From Pseudomonadota bacterium (GTDB lineage: Bacteria > Pseudomonadota > Alphaproteobacteria > Rhizobiales > Xanthobacteraceae), in the NCBI GenBank assembly GCA_040387615.1, contig JAZKDK010000021.1:72311-136310 (forward strand): a DNA stretch of 64,000 nt, read 5' to 3'. The first letter of the stretch is position 1; each line of letters starts with the position of its first letter. The notes under the pieces are model-generated. The model saw only the letters and a program-made list of their open reading frames with translations, was not told the origin of the DNA and ran no database searches. Made by a program: the position numbers and the translations under genes. Positions 1 through 10,186 of this stretch are shown here, one piece after another.

Positions 1-185
1 AGAACGGCGACGGCCATCAGGCCATCCAGCCGATCTCGTTCAGCCGCACCAAGTACAACGCCGAAAAGAAGCGCGTCGATCTGGTGGATATCGTCAACTT
101 CGAAGCCGAATGCGTCAACCCGCCTCCGGGCGTGAAGGCGATCGACTGGATCAAGGGCGGAATGAAGAACGACAAGTGCAAGTAA
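1..185 (+). CDS. 3' end of probable branched-chain-amino-acid-family ABC substrate-binding protein (partial, start outside window)
   Basis: Frame from nt 3 reads NGDGHQAIQPISFSRTKYNAEKKRVDLVDIVNFEAECVNPPPGVKAIDWIKGGMKNDKCK* (TAA 183-185); lies directly upstream of LivH/M/G/F-like genes. Confidence 0.65.
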   Translation, partial: NGDGHQAIQPISFSRTKYNAEKKRVDLVDIVNFEAECVNPPPGVKAIDWIKGGMKNDKCK

Positions 186-275
186 TCTTCTGCGCTTGAT
201 GGCCACTGGGCGGCGCGACGATCTAAATCTCGCGCCGCCTTATCGCTTCGCTGCAATTTCGGCCTGATCATCTTC

Positions 276-1172
276 ATGAACACCTTTCTCACGGTCATCC
301 TCGACGGCCTGATCCAGGCATCGTGGCTTTTCATTGTGGCGCTGGGGCTAACTCTCGTCTTCGGCGTGCTCAAGATTCTCAACATCGCCCATGGCGGTTT
401 CTACGCGCTCGGCGCCTATCTCGCCGCGACAGCCGTGACAATGGCAGCTGCGCATAACGTCGCTCCGGGAATTGGCTTCGTCCTGATGCTGGTGTCGGTG
501 GTCGCCATCGCAGCAGCAGTCGGCCTTCTGATGGAGCGCGGGCTGATCAAGCTGTTCTATGGCCGCGATGAAGTCGTCCTGCTGCTCGTGACCTATGCTG
601 TCTTTCTCATCTTCGAAGACGCAACCAAGCTAATCTGGGGCGTCAATCCGATCTATGCCAACCAGCCCTATGAGCTGTTCGGCAATGTCGAGTTCGTCGG
701 ACTGTTCTACGTCGGCTACGATCTGATGCTGATCCCGCTATCGGCGGCCATCGGGTTCGCGGTGTGGTTCGGGCTCAACCGCACCACCACCGGCAAGATC
801 GTCACGGCGGTCATCCACAATGCCGAGATGAGCGCGAGCATGGGCGTGAAGATCAATCGAGTCTACGCGCTCGCCTTTGCGTTCGGCGTCATGCTCGCCG
901 CGCTGGCCGGCGGCTTGACCGCGCCCAAGATCTCCGTTCAGCCCGGATTGAGTTCTGAAATCATCATTCTCAGTTTCGCCATCGTCGTGATCGGCGGGCT
1001 CGGCAGCGTCGAAGGCGCTGCCGTCGGCGCCATCCTTGTCGGCCTGGCGCGCGCCGCCTCCGTCCACCTTCTGCCGCAGGCCGAACTGTTCATGATCTAT
1101 CTCATTATGGCCGTGGTGCTGATGTTCAGGCCAGAAGGCCTGTTCCGCCGTGAAACCGCGAGGCGGATCTGA
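276..1172 (+). CDS. Branched-chain amino acid ABC transporter permease (LivH-like)
   Basis: Hydrophobic 298 aa; GLTLVFGVLKILNIAHGGFY and GGLGSVEGA motifs; PEGLF C-terminus. Confidence 0.92.
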   Translation: MNTFLTVILDGLIQASWLFIVALGLTLVFGVLKILNIAHGGFYALGAYLAATAVTMAAAHNVAPGIGFVLMLVSVVAIAAAVGLLMERGLIKLFYGRDEVVLLLVTYAVFLIFEDATKLIWGVNPIYANQPYELFGNVEFVGLFYVGYDLMLIPLSAAIGFAVWFGLNRTTTGKIVTAVIHNAEMSASMGVKINRVYALAFAFGVMLAALAGGLTAPKISVQPGLSSEIIILSFAIVVIGGLGSVEGAAVGAILVGLARAASVHLLPQAELFMIYLIMAVVLMFRPEGLFRRETARRI

Positions 1173-2161
1173 TGAAATACGCCACAAATCCCTTCGTTCT
1201 TCTCGGCCTCGTCGTACTGGCGGTGCTGTTTGGCCGCGTCATTCCGGCGTGGACGCTGTCCCTCGCCACCGTCGCCGCATCGAAGGCTCTCGTCGCGCTC
1301 GGCATCGTCGTGCTGGCGCGAACAGGCAACGTCTCGTTCGGACAAGGCCTGTTCTATGCCGGCGGCGGCTACGGCGTCGCTCTCATCGCCCATAGCTGGG
1401 GCCTGACCGACGCTGTCGCGCAGGTTTTGATCGGCGCCGTGTTCGGCGGCCTGCTCGGCCTGATCATCGGCCCCCTCATTGCCCGTTACACCGGAATCTT
1501 CTTCGGCATGCTGACGCTGGCGCTGTCGATGGTGCTCTATGGCGCGCTGGTCAAGACCACCATTCTCGGCGGCTCGGACGGATTCAATGTCGGCCGCCCC
1601 ACCCTGTTCGGCGCGGTGTTCAACGATCCGCGCGAGGCCGACTTCATGTTGTACGCGGTGTCGGTCGTTGCTACCGGCCTTGCGGGCATCTTCGCCACGA
1701 TCCTGTTCCGCTCACAGTTCGGGCTGACAAGCCTTGCGGTGCGCGAAAACAACCTTCGCGTCGAATATCTCGGCACCTCCGCGAACCGCATCGTTTCCAT
1801 CAATTTCATGATTGCGGCAACATTCGCCGGCGCCAGCGGAGCACTCGCTCTGATGGCGCAACGCCACATCGATCCCGAATTCGCCTATTGGACCACGTCC
1901 GGCGACTTCGTTTTCATTGCAGTGCTCGCCGGCACGCAAAGCGTCGCTGCCGTGTTCATTTCGGCCCTTGTGCTCGAACTGGTTCGGTCGTTCTCCAATC
2001 TCTATCTGCCGAACACATGGCAACTCGTGCTCGGACTGTTCCTGCTGGCGGTCATTCTGTTCCTGCCACGCGGCATCGGCTCGCTCTGGAGCGGGAAAAG
2101 ACGCAAGACATCGGAGCCGCCATCGGAACCGGCGACCGCCGGGAAAGGAGCGGCGTCATGA
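1172..2161 (+). CDS. Branched-chain amino acid ABC transporter permease (LivM-like)
   Basis: GNVSFGQGLFY, GGSDGF, LAVRENNLRVEYLG, LPRGI motifs; TGATG coupling to upstream gene. Confidence 0.92.
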   Translation: MKYATNPFVLLGLVVLAVLFGRVIPAWTLSLATVAASKALVALGIVVLARTGNVSFGQGLFYAGGGYGVALIAHSWGLTDAVAQVLIGAVFGGLLGLIIGPLIARYTGIFFGMLTLALSMVLYGALVKTTILGGSDGFNVGRPTLFGAVFNDPREADFMLYAVSVVATGLAGIFATILFRSQFGLTSLAVRENNLRVEYLGTSANRIVSINFMIAATFAGASGALALMAQRHIDPEFAYWTTSGDFVFIAVLAGTQSVAAVFISALVLELVRSFSNLYLPNTWQLVLGLFLLAVILFLPRGIGSLWSGKRRKTSEPPSEPATAGKGAAS

Positions 2162-2907
2162 CGCCTGTCCTTTCCGTACGCGGACTACAGAAGCGTTTCG
2201 GCGCGGTGGTTGCCGCCGACAACATCAGCATCGATATTCCCACGGGCCAGAAGCTCTGCCTGATCGGCGCAAACGGCGCGGGCAAGACCACGTTCGTGAA
2301 CATGGTGACGGGCTACATGAAGGCCGACAGCGGTGCGATCGAGCTCGACGGCTCGCCGATCGGGCGGCGCTCCCCGCGCGATGTCGCCAAGCTCGGAATT
2401 TCCCGTTCGTTCCAGATTCCGCAGCTCTTCATCGAACTCACCGCGGCGGAAAATCTCACCGTTGCCGTCTCGAGCGCGGAAGGCGGAAAGCTCTCGGTGA
2501 CCGCCCCTGCGGACAGCGGCGACCGCCGCGAAAAGGCTATCGCGTTACTCGACCGTTTCGGTTTGGCTGGCCACGCCGATCGGCCCGTGTCTGAACTCGC
2601 CGGCGGCGTCCGCAAGCTGGTCGATATCGCCATGGCGCTGGCGCGGCGTCCGAAACTGCTGCTGCTCGATGAGCCGACCTCCGGCGTCTCGGCGGAGGAG
2701 AAATTCGCAACGATGGACCGCGTCATCCACGCCGTCTCGGAAGAAGCCGCCACCATCGTCTTCGTCGAGCATGACATGGACATCGTCAGCAAATATGCCG
2801 ACCGCGTGGTCGCCTTCTACAACGGCCGCATCCTCGCCGACGGCGAGCCGTCAACCGTGCTGAAAGACAACGAAGTGCGCCGCTATGTGACGGGAGGTGC
2901 ACGATGA
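2158..2907 (+). CDS. ABC transporter ATP-binding protein (LivG-like)
   Basis: Walker A GANGAGKTT, LLLDEPTSG, VEHDM; start moved to ATG 2158 (ATGA overlap with upstream stop). Confidence 0.92.
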   Translation: MTPVLSVRGLQKRFGAVVAADNISIDIPTGQKLCLIGANGAGKTTFVNMVTGYMKADSGAIELDGSPIGRRSPRDVAKLGISRSFQIPQLFIELTAAENLTVAVSSAEGGKLSVTAPADSGDRREKAIALLDRFGLAGHADRPVSELAGGVRKLVDIAMALARRPKLLLLDEPTSGVSAEEKFATMDRVIHAVSEEAATIVFVEHDMDIVSKYADRVVAFYNGRILADGEPSTVLKDNEVRRYVTGGAR

Positions 2908-3566
2908 CCACCGCCCGCCCGCTGCTCGATATCGACAATCTCGCAGTCGAAATCCAGTCGATGCCCGCGCTACGCGGCTTCACCATGCACCTTTCTGAGG
3001 GCGCCATGGTCAGCCTCGTCGGCCGCAATGGCGCCGGCAAGACCACGCTGATGCGCTCGATCATGGGGCACCTCGCACCGAAACACGGTACGATCCGTTT
3101 CGGCGGCGAGAATCTGGCCGCCCTGCCGCGTCATGCCCGCGCCGGCCTCGGCATCGGCTACATGCCGGAAGATCGCGGTCTGGTGCCGCAACTGACGGTG
3201 GAGGAAAACATCCTGCTCCCGCTGTGGGTCGCAAAGGATGTGGACCGCAAGGCACGGCTGGACTTCATCTACGAGGTGATCGGCGAACTCGCCACCATGC
3301 GCGACCGCAAGGCCCTGTTGCTGTCCGGCGGACAGCAGAAGCTGGTCGCGCTCGGGCGCGCACTCGGCATCGGGACGAAATGCCTTCTACTTGACGAGCC
3401 ATTCGAGGGGATCGCACCTGCCCTGTCCGAACGCATCTCCGATGTTCTTGCCTCGCTCAAGGGCAAAGGTCTAACAGTGTTGATGTCTCAATCCGATTTG
3501 AATCATTCGCATACTTTGTTCGATGCTGAATTCGTGATCGAGCGCGGAGCCAACTTTACGGCCTGA
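2904..3566 (+). CDS. ABC transporter ATP-binding protein (LivF-like)
   Basis: GRNGAGKTT, LSGGQQ, LLLDEPFEG; ATGA overlap. Confidence 0.9.
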   Translation: MTTARPLLDIDNLAVEIQSMPALRGFTMHLSEGAMVSLVGRNGAGKTTLMRSIMGHLAPKHGTIRFGGENLAALPRHARAGLGIGYMPEDRGLVPQLTVEENILLPLWVAKDVDRKARLDFIYEVIGELATMRDRKALLLSGGQQKLVALGRALGIGTKCLLLDEPFEGIAPALSERISDVLASLKGKGLTVLMSQSDLNHSHTLFDAEFVIERGANFTA

Positions 3567-3593
3567 CATTGCAGGTCAGGACAGGACACGACG

Positions 3594-5189
3594 ATGGACT
3601 GGTCGCAATATCCGATTCCAGCAATGCGGCTGGAAGCCCGTTTCGGCGATCGCGTCGTCCCCGCCTTTGAGCAACGGCCGTCAAGCATTTGGGCGATGGT
3701 CGCCGACGCTGCCGCCCGCAACCCTGACGGCGATGCCCTAATCTGCGGCGATGAACGAATGACCTGGCGCGAGGTCGCGCAAAAATCCATGCAGATCGCG
3801 GCGGGCTTCAAGGAGATCGGGCTGAAGCCCGGCGACCGCATCGCGCTGCTGCTCGGCAACCGGAACGAATTCGTGCTTGCGCTGTTTGGCGCAGCCCATC
3901 TCGGCCTCGTGAGCGTGATGCTGAGCACGCGCCAGCAGAAGCCCGAGATTGCCTACGTTCTGACGGACTGCGGCGCGAAGCTTCTCATTTATGAAGACGC
4001 CATGGCGGACCGTCTGCCGGATCAGGTTGAGCTTCCGGAGCTGCTTCATCGCGTGTCGGTCAACCCCACCGACGGCGCACTGGCGTTTCAGGATCTTGTC
4101 GCAACCGAAGCCTCGCAGTCACCGGCGGCGGTCGACGAGCAGGATACCGCGATGATCCTGTATACGTCGGGAACCACGGGCAAGCCCAAAGGCGCGATGC
4201 TGGCGCATTGCAATCTGATCCATTCGGCGATGATCTATGAAGCCTGCCTCGAGCTGAACCATAAGGATCGCTCGATCGCCGCCGTTCCGCTCGCGCATGT
4301 CACCGGTATCGCCGCCAACATCATGGCGATGGCACGTTGCGCTGGTGCGCTGATCGTCGTCCCTGAATTCAAGGCGGCGGAATATCTGAAGATCGCTTCG
4401 CGCGAACGCGCCACGCAGACGGTGATGGTGCCGGCGATGTACAATCTGTGCCTGCTTCAGGCCGATTTCGACTCGTACGACCTGTCGGCCTGGCGTGTCG
4501 GCGGCTATGGCGGCGCGCCGATGCCGGTCGCCACCATCGAGAAGCTCGCGGTGAAACTTCCCGGGCTGAAGCTGATCAATGCCTACGGATCGACCGAGAC
4601 CTCATCGCCCTCGACGATCATGCCGCCGGCATTCACCGCAAGCCACGGCGACAGCGTCGGCCTGCCCTGTCCGGGGGCGCATATCATCGTTGTCGATGCA
4701 ACCGGACGCGAGGTGCCGCGCGGCGAGATCGGCGAGATCTGGATTCACGGCGGCTCTGTCATCAAGGGCTACTGGAACAATCCGCGCGCGACGGCGGAAG
4801 GCTTCACCGCCGGCTACTGGCATTCCGGCGATCTCGGCTCGATCGATGACCAGAACTTCGTGCGCGTCTTCGACCGGCAGAAGGACATGATCAACCGCGG
4901 CGGCCTCAAGATCTATTCGGCGGAGGTTGAGTCGGTTCTGGCCGGTCATCCCGCCGTTGTCGAAAGCGCCATCGTCGCACGTCCCTGCCCTGTGCTGGGT
5001 GAGCGCGTGCACGCCGTGGTGGTGGTTCGCTCCGACATCGATTCACCGTCGCTGCGCGCGTGGTGTGCCGAGCGCATGTCGGACTACAAAGTCCCCGAGA
5101 CCATCGCCATCGGCACCGAGCCGCTGCCGCGCAATGCCAACGGCAAGGTCATGAAGAAAAATCTGCGCGACGCGCTGGTCGATTCCTGA
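3594..5189 (+). CDS. Class I adenylate-forming enzyme (acyl-CoA ligase family)
   Basis: YTSGTTGKPKG AMP-binding motif, NAYGSTE, HSGDLG, C-terminal NANGKV lysine. Confidence 0.92.
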   Translation: MDWSQYPIPAMRLEARFGDRVVPAFEQRPSSIWAMVADAAARNPDGDALICGDERMTWREVAQKSMQIAAGFKEIGLKPGDRIALLLGNRNEFVLALFGAAHLGLVSVMLSTRQQKPEIAYVLTDCGAKLLIYEDAMADRLPDQVELPELLHRVSVNPTDGALAFQDLVATEASQSPAAVDEQDTAMILYTSGTTGKPKGAMLAHCNLIHSAMIYEACLELNHKDRSIAAVPLAHVTGIAANIMAMARCAGALIVVPEFKAAEYLKIASRERATQTVMVPAMYNLCLLQADFDSYDLSAWRVGGYGGAPMPVATIEKLAVKLPGLKLINAYGSTETSSPSTIMPPAFTASHGDSVGLPCPGAHIIVVDATGREVPRGEIGEIWIHGGSVIKGYWNNPRATAEGFTAGYWHSGDLGSIDDQNFVRVFDRQKDMINRGGLKIYSAEVESVLAGHPAVVESAIVARPCPVLGERVHAVVVVRSDIDSPSLRAWCAERMSDYKVPETIAIGTEPLPRNANGKVMKKNLRDALVDS

Positions 5190-5442
5190 GCCAAGCGCCC
5201 GGAACACTTTTCCGCATTCACATTTCAAATCATCGTGTTCCGGCCAGAATTTGCCTTTTGCGGGTTCAAACCGCATGACGCTTTGCATCTTCTGGTGCTC
5301 AACAGCCTCCGTATGCTCCGCCAGAGCAGGCCGTCTCAAGCAGACCTTTCCAAGAATTAATGCTGCACCTGCATACGAAGCGCATGCCGATTGGTTATAG
5401 GAGTGTCAGGGCTGGCTGCCGTCAGAGGAAATTGGGATCAAT

Positions 5443-6600
5443 ATGGCAAAGCGTCGCATTCCAGCGTGGGCGTATGTCCTCGCAGCATTCCTTCTGATCG
5501 GCGGCGTCTATCTTGGCTGGCCGCGGCATCAGACGCCGAACGTAGCCGCTGGAAAATCTGACGCGGGTCCAGCCATCCCGGTTACCGTCGCCAGCGTTTC
5601 AAAAGCTGACTTCCCTGTTTATCTGACCGGACTCGGAACTGTTCAGGGCTTCAACACAGTCACCGTGCGTACGCGCGTCGATGGCGAGATCAACCAGATT
5701 GCCTTCAAGGAAGGCCAGATGGTGAAGGAAAGCGATTTGATCGCGCAGATCGATCCCCGCCCCTTTCAAGCCGCTCTGGATCAGGCGAACGCCAAGAAAG
5801 CCCAGGACGAAGCAAGCCTCGCCAACGCCCAGCGCGACCTTCAACGTTCAACCAAGCTCGGCGATTTTGCGACGAAGCAAACAGTCGATACGCAGACCTC
5901 GGCTGTGCAGCAGCTGACCGCGCAGATCGCTGCCGATCAGGCCACCATCTTCAATGCGCAGACCCAACTCGACTATGCCAGCATCCGCGCGCCGATCTCA
6001 GGCGTGACCGGAATCCGGCAGGTGGACGTCGGCAACATCGTCAATGCGGCGACGCAAACCGGCATCGTGACCATTGCGCAGATCGAACCAATCTCCGTGA
6101 TCTTCACGGCACCCGAAGGCCAGCTCCCGGACATCGCCGCCGCACTTCGCCAGCACGAAACGAAGGTGACCGCATTTACATCTGATGGCCGCAGGATGCT
6201 GTCCGAAGGCACCCTGTCGCTGATGAACAATCAGGTCGATACCACCAGCGGCACCATTCGCCTCAAGGCAACATTCGACAACAAGGACCACGCCCTATGG
6301 CCGGGCCTGTCGGTCTCGACGCGCCTGCTCGTCAACACACTAAAGGACGCAATCGTCATGCCGGACGATGCCGTGCAGCACGGCAATGACGGCCTCTATG
6401 TCTTTGCAGTGGCCGAGGGCAACAAGGCTGACGTGCGCAAGGTCAGGGTCGGCCCTTCGACAGACGGAAAAACACTCGTCGAGAGCGGCGTCTCTGCCGG
6501 TGATCAGGTTGTAACCCGCGGACAGTATCGCGTGCAGCCTGGATCGCCGCTGGCCATCAACGTCGCCAGTTCGGGACAACCTTCGGCAAAGGCCGACTGA
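5443..6600 (+). CDS. RND efflux periplasmic adaptor (MdtA-like)
   Basis: N-terminal TM anchor, VRTRVDGEI, IDPRPFQAAL, IRAPISG, NQVDTTSGTIRLKA. Confidence 0.92.
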   Translation: MAKRRIPAWAYVLAAFLLIGGVYLGWPRHQTPNVAAGKSDAGPAIPVTVASVSKADFPVYLTGLGTVQGFNTVTVRTRVDGEINQIAFKEGQMVKESDLIAQIDPRPFQAALDQANAKKAQDEASLANAQRDLQRSTKLGDFATKQTVDTQTSAVQQLTAQIAADQATIFNAQTQLDYASIRAPISGVTGIRQVDVGNIVNAATQTGIVTIAQIEPISVIFTAPEGQLPDIAAALRQHETKVTAFTSDGRRMLSEGTLSLMNNQVDTTSGTIRLKATFDNKDHALWPGLSVSTRLLVNTLKDAIVMPDDAVQHGNDGLYVFAVAEGNKADVRKVRVGPSTDGKTLVESGVSAGDQVVTRGQYRVQPGSPLAINVASSGQPSAKAD

Positions 6601-6601
6601 C

Positions 6602-9600
6602 ATGAGCTACGGCATTTCCGGTCCCTTCATCCGCTATCCGATCGCGACATCGTTGCTGATGGCCGGGATTCTTTTTGTCGGCCTCGTCGCGTATCCGCTG
6701 CTGCCAGTTGCTCCTCTGCCGCAGGTGGATTTTCCGACCATCCAGGTGTCGGCAAGCCTCCCGGGCGCGAGCCCCGAAACCATGGCGTCGTCGGTGGCGC
6801 AGCCGCTGGAACGGCAGTTGGCCCAGATTCCCGGCGTCGCGCAGATGACGTCGACGAGTTCGCTCGGCTCGACCTCCGTCACGATCCAGTTCGACCTCAA
6901 TCGAAACATCGACGGTGCCGCGAATGACGTGCAAGGGGCGATCAATGCGGCTGGCGGCCAGCTTCCGAAAACACTCCCCAGCCCGCCGACCTATCGCAAG
7001 GTCAATCCTGCCGATTCGCCAATTCTTCTGCTGTCGGTAACGTCCGACACGCTGCCGCTGATCGACGTCAACGATTATGCCGACACCCAGATGGCTCAGC
7101 AGATCAGCCAGATCTCCGGCGTCGCGCAGGTCAGCATCGGCGGCCAGCAAAAACCAGCAATCCGTATCCAGATTGATCCAGCCAAACTGGTCGCGAAAGG
7201 CCTGCAACTCGAAGACGTCCGGAGCCAGATCGCGATCACCACCGTGGATAGCCCCAAGGGCAATATCGACGGTACGACGCGCAGCTTTACCATCTACGCC
7301 AACGACCAGTTGCCGAAGTCGAAGGACTGGAACGACGTCATCGTCGCCTATCGCAACGGCGGCCCGCTGCGCATTCGCGACATCGGACAGGCGGTGTCGG
7401 GGCCGGAGGACGCCAAGCAGGCAGCATGGGCCGACGGCAAGCGCGGCATGTTCCTCGTGGTGTTCAAGCAGCCCGGCGCCAACGTGATCGACACGGTCGA
7501 CAAGATCAAGGCGCAGCTGCCGCGTCTCCTCGCGTCGATCCCTCCGACGGTCAAGGTTTCGGTGTTGAGCGATCGCACCCAGACGATCCGCGCCGCCGTC
7601 GCCGACGTGCAATTCACACTCCTGCTCACAATCTTCCTCGTGGTGATGGTGATTTTCATCTTCCTGCGAAGTCTGTGGGCAACGATCATTCCGAGTGTGA
7701 CGGTCCCGCTGGCGCTGCTCGGCGCCTGCGCGTTGATGTGGGCGTTCGGCTATACGCTCGACAATCTGTCGTTGATGGCGCTGACGATCTCGGTCGGGTT
7801 CGTCGTCGACGACGCTATTGTCATGCTTGAGAACATCAGCCGATATATCGAGCAAGGCGAAGATCCATTTTCCGCGTCCCTCAAAGGCGCGAGCGAAATC
7901 GGCTTTACAATCGTGTCGATCAGCATCTCACTTATTGCCGTGCTTATTCCGCTGTTGCTGATGGGTGGAATCATCGGCCGCTTGTTCCGCGAATTCGCCA
8001 TCACGCTCGCGATGACTATTGTGGTTTCGCTGATCGTGTCATTGACGCTTACGCCGATGATGGCGTCGCGATTTCTGAAGGCGCATACCGGCGAAACGCA
8101 GCATGGAAAATTGTACCAGCTGAGCGAGCGGTTCTTCGACGCGATGCTGCGAGGCTATGAATGGGGCCTCGATCTCGTTCTCCGCTGGCGTTTCGCAACC
8201 CTTTGCGTGTTCTTTGGAACCGTCGCGCTGTCGGTCTATCTGTTCGTGGTCATTCCAAAGGGCTTCTTCCCGCAACAGGATGTCGGCCTCATAACCGGCA
8301 TCACCGAAGGCGGACAGGACATTTCCTTCGCCGAAATGTCGCGCATTCAGGCCGGGATCGGCGAGATCATTCAGAAGGACCCCGCTGTCGCCAGCATTGC
8401 AATGGCCATCGGCGGCGGCGGCAATGCACTGAACAATGGCCGCATGTTCATCACGCTGAAACCTCGTGATGAACGCGACGTGAGCGCACAGCAGATCATC
8501 GCGAGACTAAGGCCGCAGTTCGACAAGCTCGAAGGCGCGCGCGTGTTTCTTCAGGCTGCGCAAGACGTCCGTCTTGGCGGTCGGGCCACGCGGACGCAGT
8601 TCGAATACACATTGCAGGACGCGAACCTCGACGAGTTAAACAGCTGGGCTCCGAAAATTCTGGAAAAGCTGAAGACGCTACCCGAACTGCGCGACGTCGC
8701 AACCGATCAGCAGACTCAAGGCACAACCCTGACGCTGACCATCGACCGTGACACGGCTTCACGCTACGGCATTCAGCCGCAACTGATCGACGACACGTTG
8801 TCGGATGCATTCGGCCAGCGGCAGGTGGCGCAGTACTTCACGCAGGTCAACAGCTATCACGTCATTCTGGAAATCCTGCCCGAACTCCAGGGCAAGGTAG
8901 ACTCACTCGACAAGATCTACATCAAGTCCCCGACAACCGGCGACCAGGTGCCACTGTCGGCATTCGTGCGCTGGAGCACCGTTCCCGTTCGTCCGCTGTC
9001 GATCAGCCATCAGGGCCAGTTCCCGGCGACGACGATCAGCTTCAACCTCGCGCAAGGCACCGCATTGGGTCAGGCAACCGACGCTATTCAGAACGCGGTG
9101 GCGCAGCTCGGCGTACCGCCAACCGTCAACGGCAGCTTCCAGGGCACGGCCCAGGCATTTCAGCAGTCACTTGGCACCATCCCGCTGCTGATCCTCGCCG
9201 CGCTGATCGTGGTCTATCTGATCCTCGGCATCCTCTACGAAAGCTATATCCATCCACTCACGATCATTTCCACGCTGCCTTCGGCCGGCGTCGGTGCGCT
9301 GGCGATGCTGATGCTGTTCGGCTTCGATTTCAGCCTGATCGGCCTGATCGGAATCGTGCTTCTGATCGGCATCGTGAAAAAGAACGGCATTATGCTGGTC
9401 GACTTCGCCATTGCGGCCGAGCGCGAGGAGAACCTTTCGCCGGAGGACGCTATCCGCAAGGCTGCGTTGATCCGCTTCCGCCCGATCATGATGACCACCA
9501 TGGCTGCGCTGCTCGGCGGCGTCCCGCTGATGCTCGGAACGGGCACAGGCTCCGAGATCCGGCAACCGCTCGGATATGCGATGGTCGGCGGCCTCGTTGT

Positions 9601-9745
9601 CAGTCAAGCTCTCACCTTGTTCACGACGCCCGTGGTTTACCTCTACCTCGACAAGCTCTCGAACATGTTTTCTCGGGTTGGCAGATCGAAACCGAAAATC
9701 CCCGCGACGAGAATTCCGGACGAAGTCTCGGAAGCGGCTGAATAA
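6602..9745 (+). CDS. RND efflux permease (MdtB/MdtC-like)
   Basis: 1047 aa; PVAPLPQVDFPTIQV, GFVVDDAIV, GIVKKNGIM, RFRPIMMTT. Confidence 0.95.
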   Translation: MSYGISGPFIRYPIATSLLMAGILFVGLVAYPLLPVAPLPQVDFPTIQVSASLPGASPETMASSVAQPLERQLAQIPGVAQMTSTSSLGSTSVTIQFDLNRNIDGAANDVQGAINAAGGQLPKTLPSPPTYRKVNPADSPILLLSVTSDTLPLIDVNDYADTQMAQQISQISGVAQVSIGGQQKPAIRIQIDPAKLVAKGLQLEDVRSQIAITTVDSPKGNIDGTTRSFTIYANDQLPKSKDWNDVIVAYRNGGPLRIRDIGQAVSGPEDAKQAAWADGKRGMFLVVFKQPGANVIDTVDKIKAQLPRLLASIPPTVKVSVLSDRTQTIRAAVADVQFTLLLTIFLVVMVIFIFLRSLWATIIPSVTVPLALLGACALMWAFGYTLDNLSLMALTISVGFVVDDAIVMLENISRYIEQGEDPFSASLKGASEIGFTIVSISISLIAVLIPLLLMGGIIGRLFREFAITLAMTIVVSLIVSLTLTPMMASRFLKAHTGETQHGKLYQLSERFFDAMLRGYEWGLDLVLRWRFATLCVFFGTVALSVYLFVVIPKGFFPQQDVGLITGITEGGQDISFAEMSRIQAGIGEIIQKDPAVASIAMAIGGGGNALNNGRMFITLKPRDERDVSAQQIIARLRPQFDKLEGARVFLQAAQDVRLGGRATRTQFEYTLQDANLDELNSWAPKILEKLKTLPELRDVATDQQTQGTTLTLTIDRDTASRYGIQPQLIDDTLSDAFGQRQVAQYFTQVNSYHVILEILPELQGKVDSLDKIYIKSPTTGDQVPLSAFVRWSTVPVRPLSISHQGQFPATTISFNLAQGTALGQATDAIQNAVAQLGVPPTVNGSFQGTAQAFQQSLGTIPLLILAALIVVYLILGILYESYIHPLTIISTLPSAGVGALAMLMLFGFDFSLIGLIGIVLLIGIVKKNGIMLVDFAIAAEREENLSPEDAIRKAALIRFRPIMMTTMAALLGGVPLMLGTGTGSEIRQPLGYAMVGGLVVSQALTLFTTPVVYLYLDKLSNMFSRVGRSKPKIPATRIPDEVSEAAE

Positions 9746-9757
9746 GCTCAATCGCTC

Positions 9758-10096
9758 CTAGTGGCTGATCATCCACGGCCGAGCGGTCGGAAAGCTCTTG
9801 GCGCCGCTGCGGGTCTTCGTGACCAGCCGAGACGGCTTAGTTGAGCAACACCCACAGCCCGGAGCGTGCGAAGCCTTGTATTCGCCAAGCGTCTTAGGCG
9901 CATTGGCACTGCGCTCATTGATGGCATGCGACTTGCGTTTCTCCGCCGGCATGCACGAGAACCGTGGCGCGGTGAGAATGACCCGCGGCGCCCGGACAGC
10001 GCAATTCGGACAATCCTGCGGCGCATCGTACTCGGCCATTGGCCGCATGTCGGTGAATGGCCCGCAGTCGTTGCAAAGATATTCGTAAACCGGCAC
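9758..10096 (-). CDS. fmdB: FmdB family zinc-ribbon protein
   Basis: GTG start at 10096 gives MPVYEYLCNDCG...CPNC; C-terminal HAPGCGCC and RPWMISH; directly downstream of formamidase. Confidence 0.88.
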   Translation of the reverse strand: MPVYEYLCNDCGPFTDMRPMAEYDAPQDCPNCAVRAPRVILTAPRFSCMPAEKRKSHAINERSANAPKTLGEYKASHAPGCGCCSTKPSRLVTKTRSGAKSFPTARPWMISH

Positions 10097-10186
10097 AGCC
10101 CGTCTCCCTCGGTTTGTCCTGTTGCTTTCGATCCCGGCACACGTGGAAGCGGCAAGAGTACGCACCGCCTCCACGTCGCGCGGGAG

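Noticed and set aside
2904-3566. LivF-like ATPase seems ~15-20 aa short with an atypical H-loop (SQSD); possible pseudogene
   Set aside because: Walker A, signature and Walker B are intact, the operon coupling is preserved and no frameshift is visible; not enough to call degeneration
5443-9745. RND pair lacking an outer-membrane factor gene
   Set aside because: Common for MdtAB-like systems, which use a TolC-type channel encoded elsewhere; not unusual
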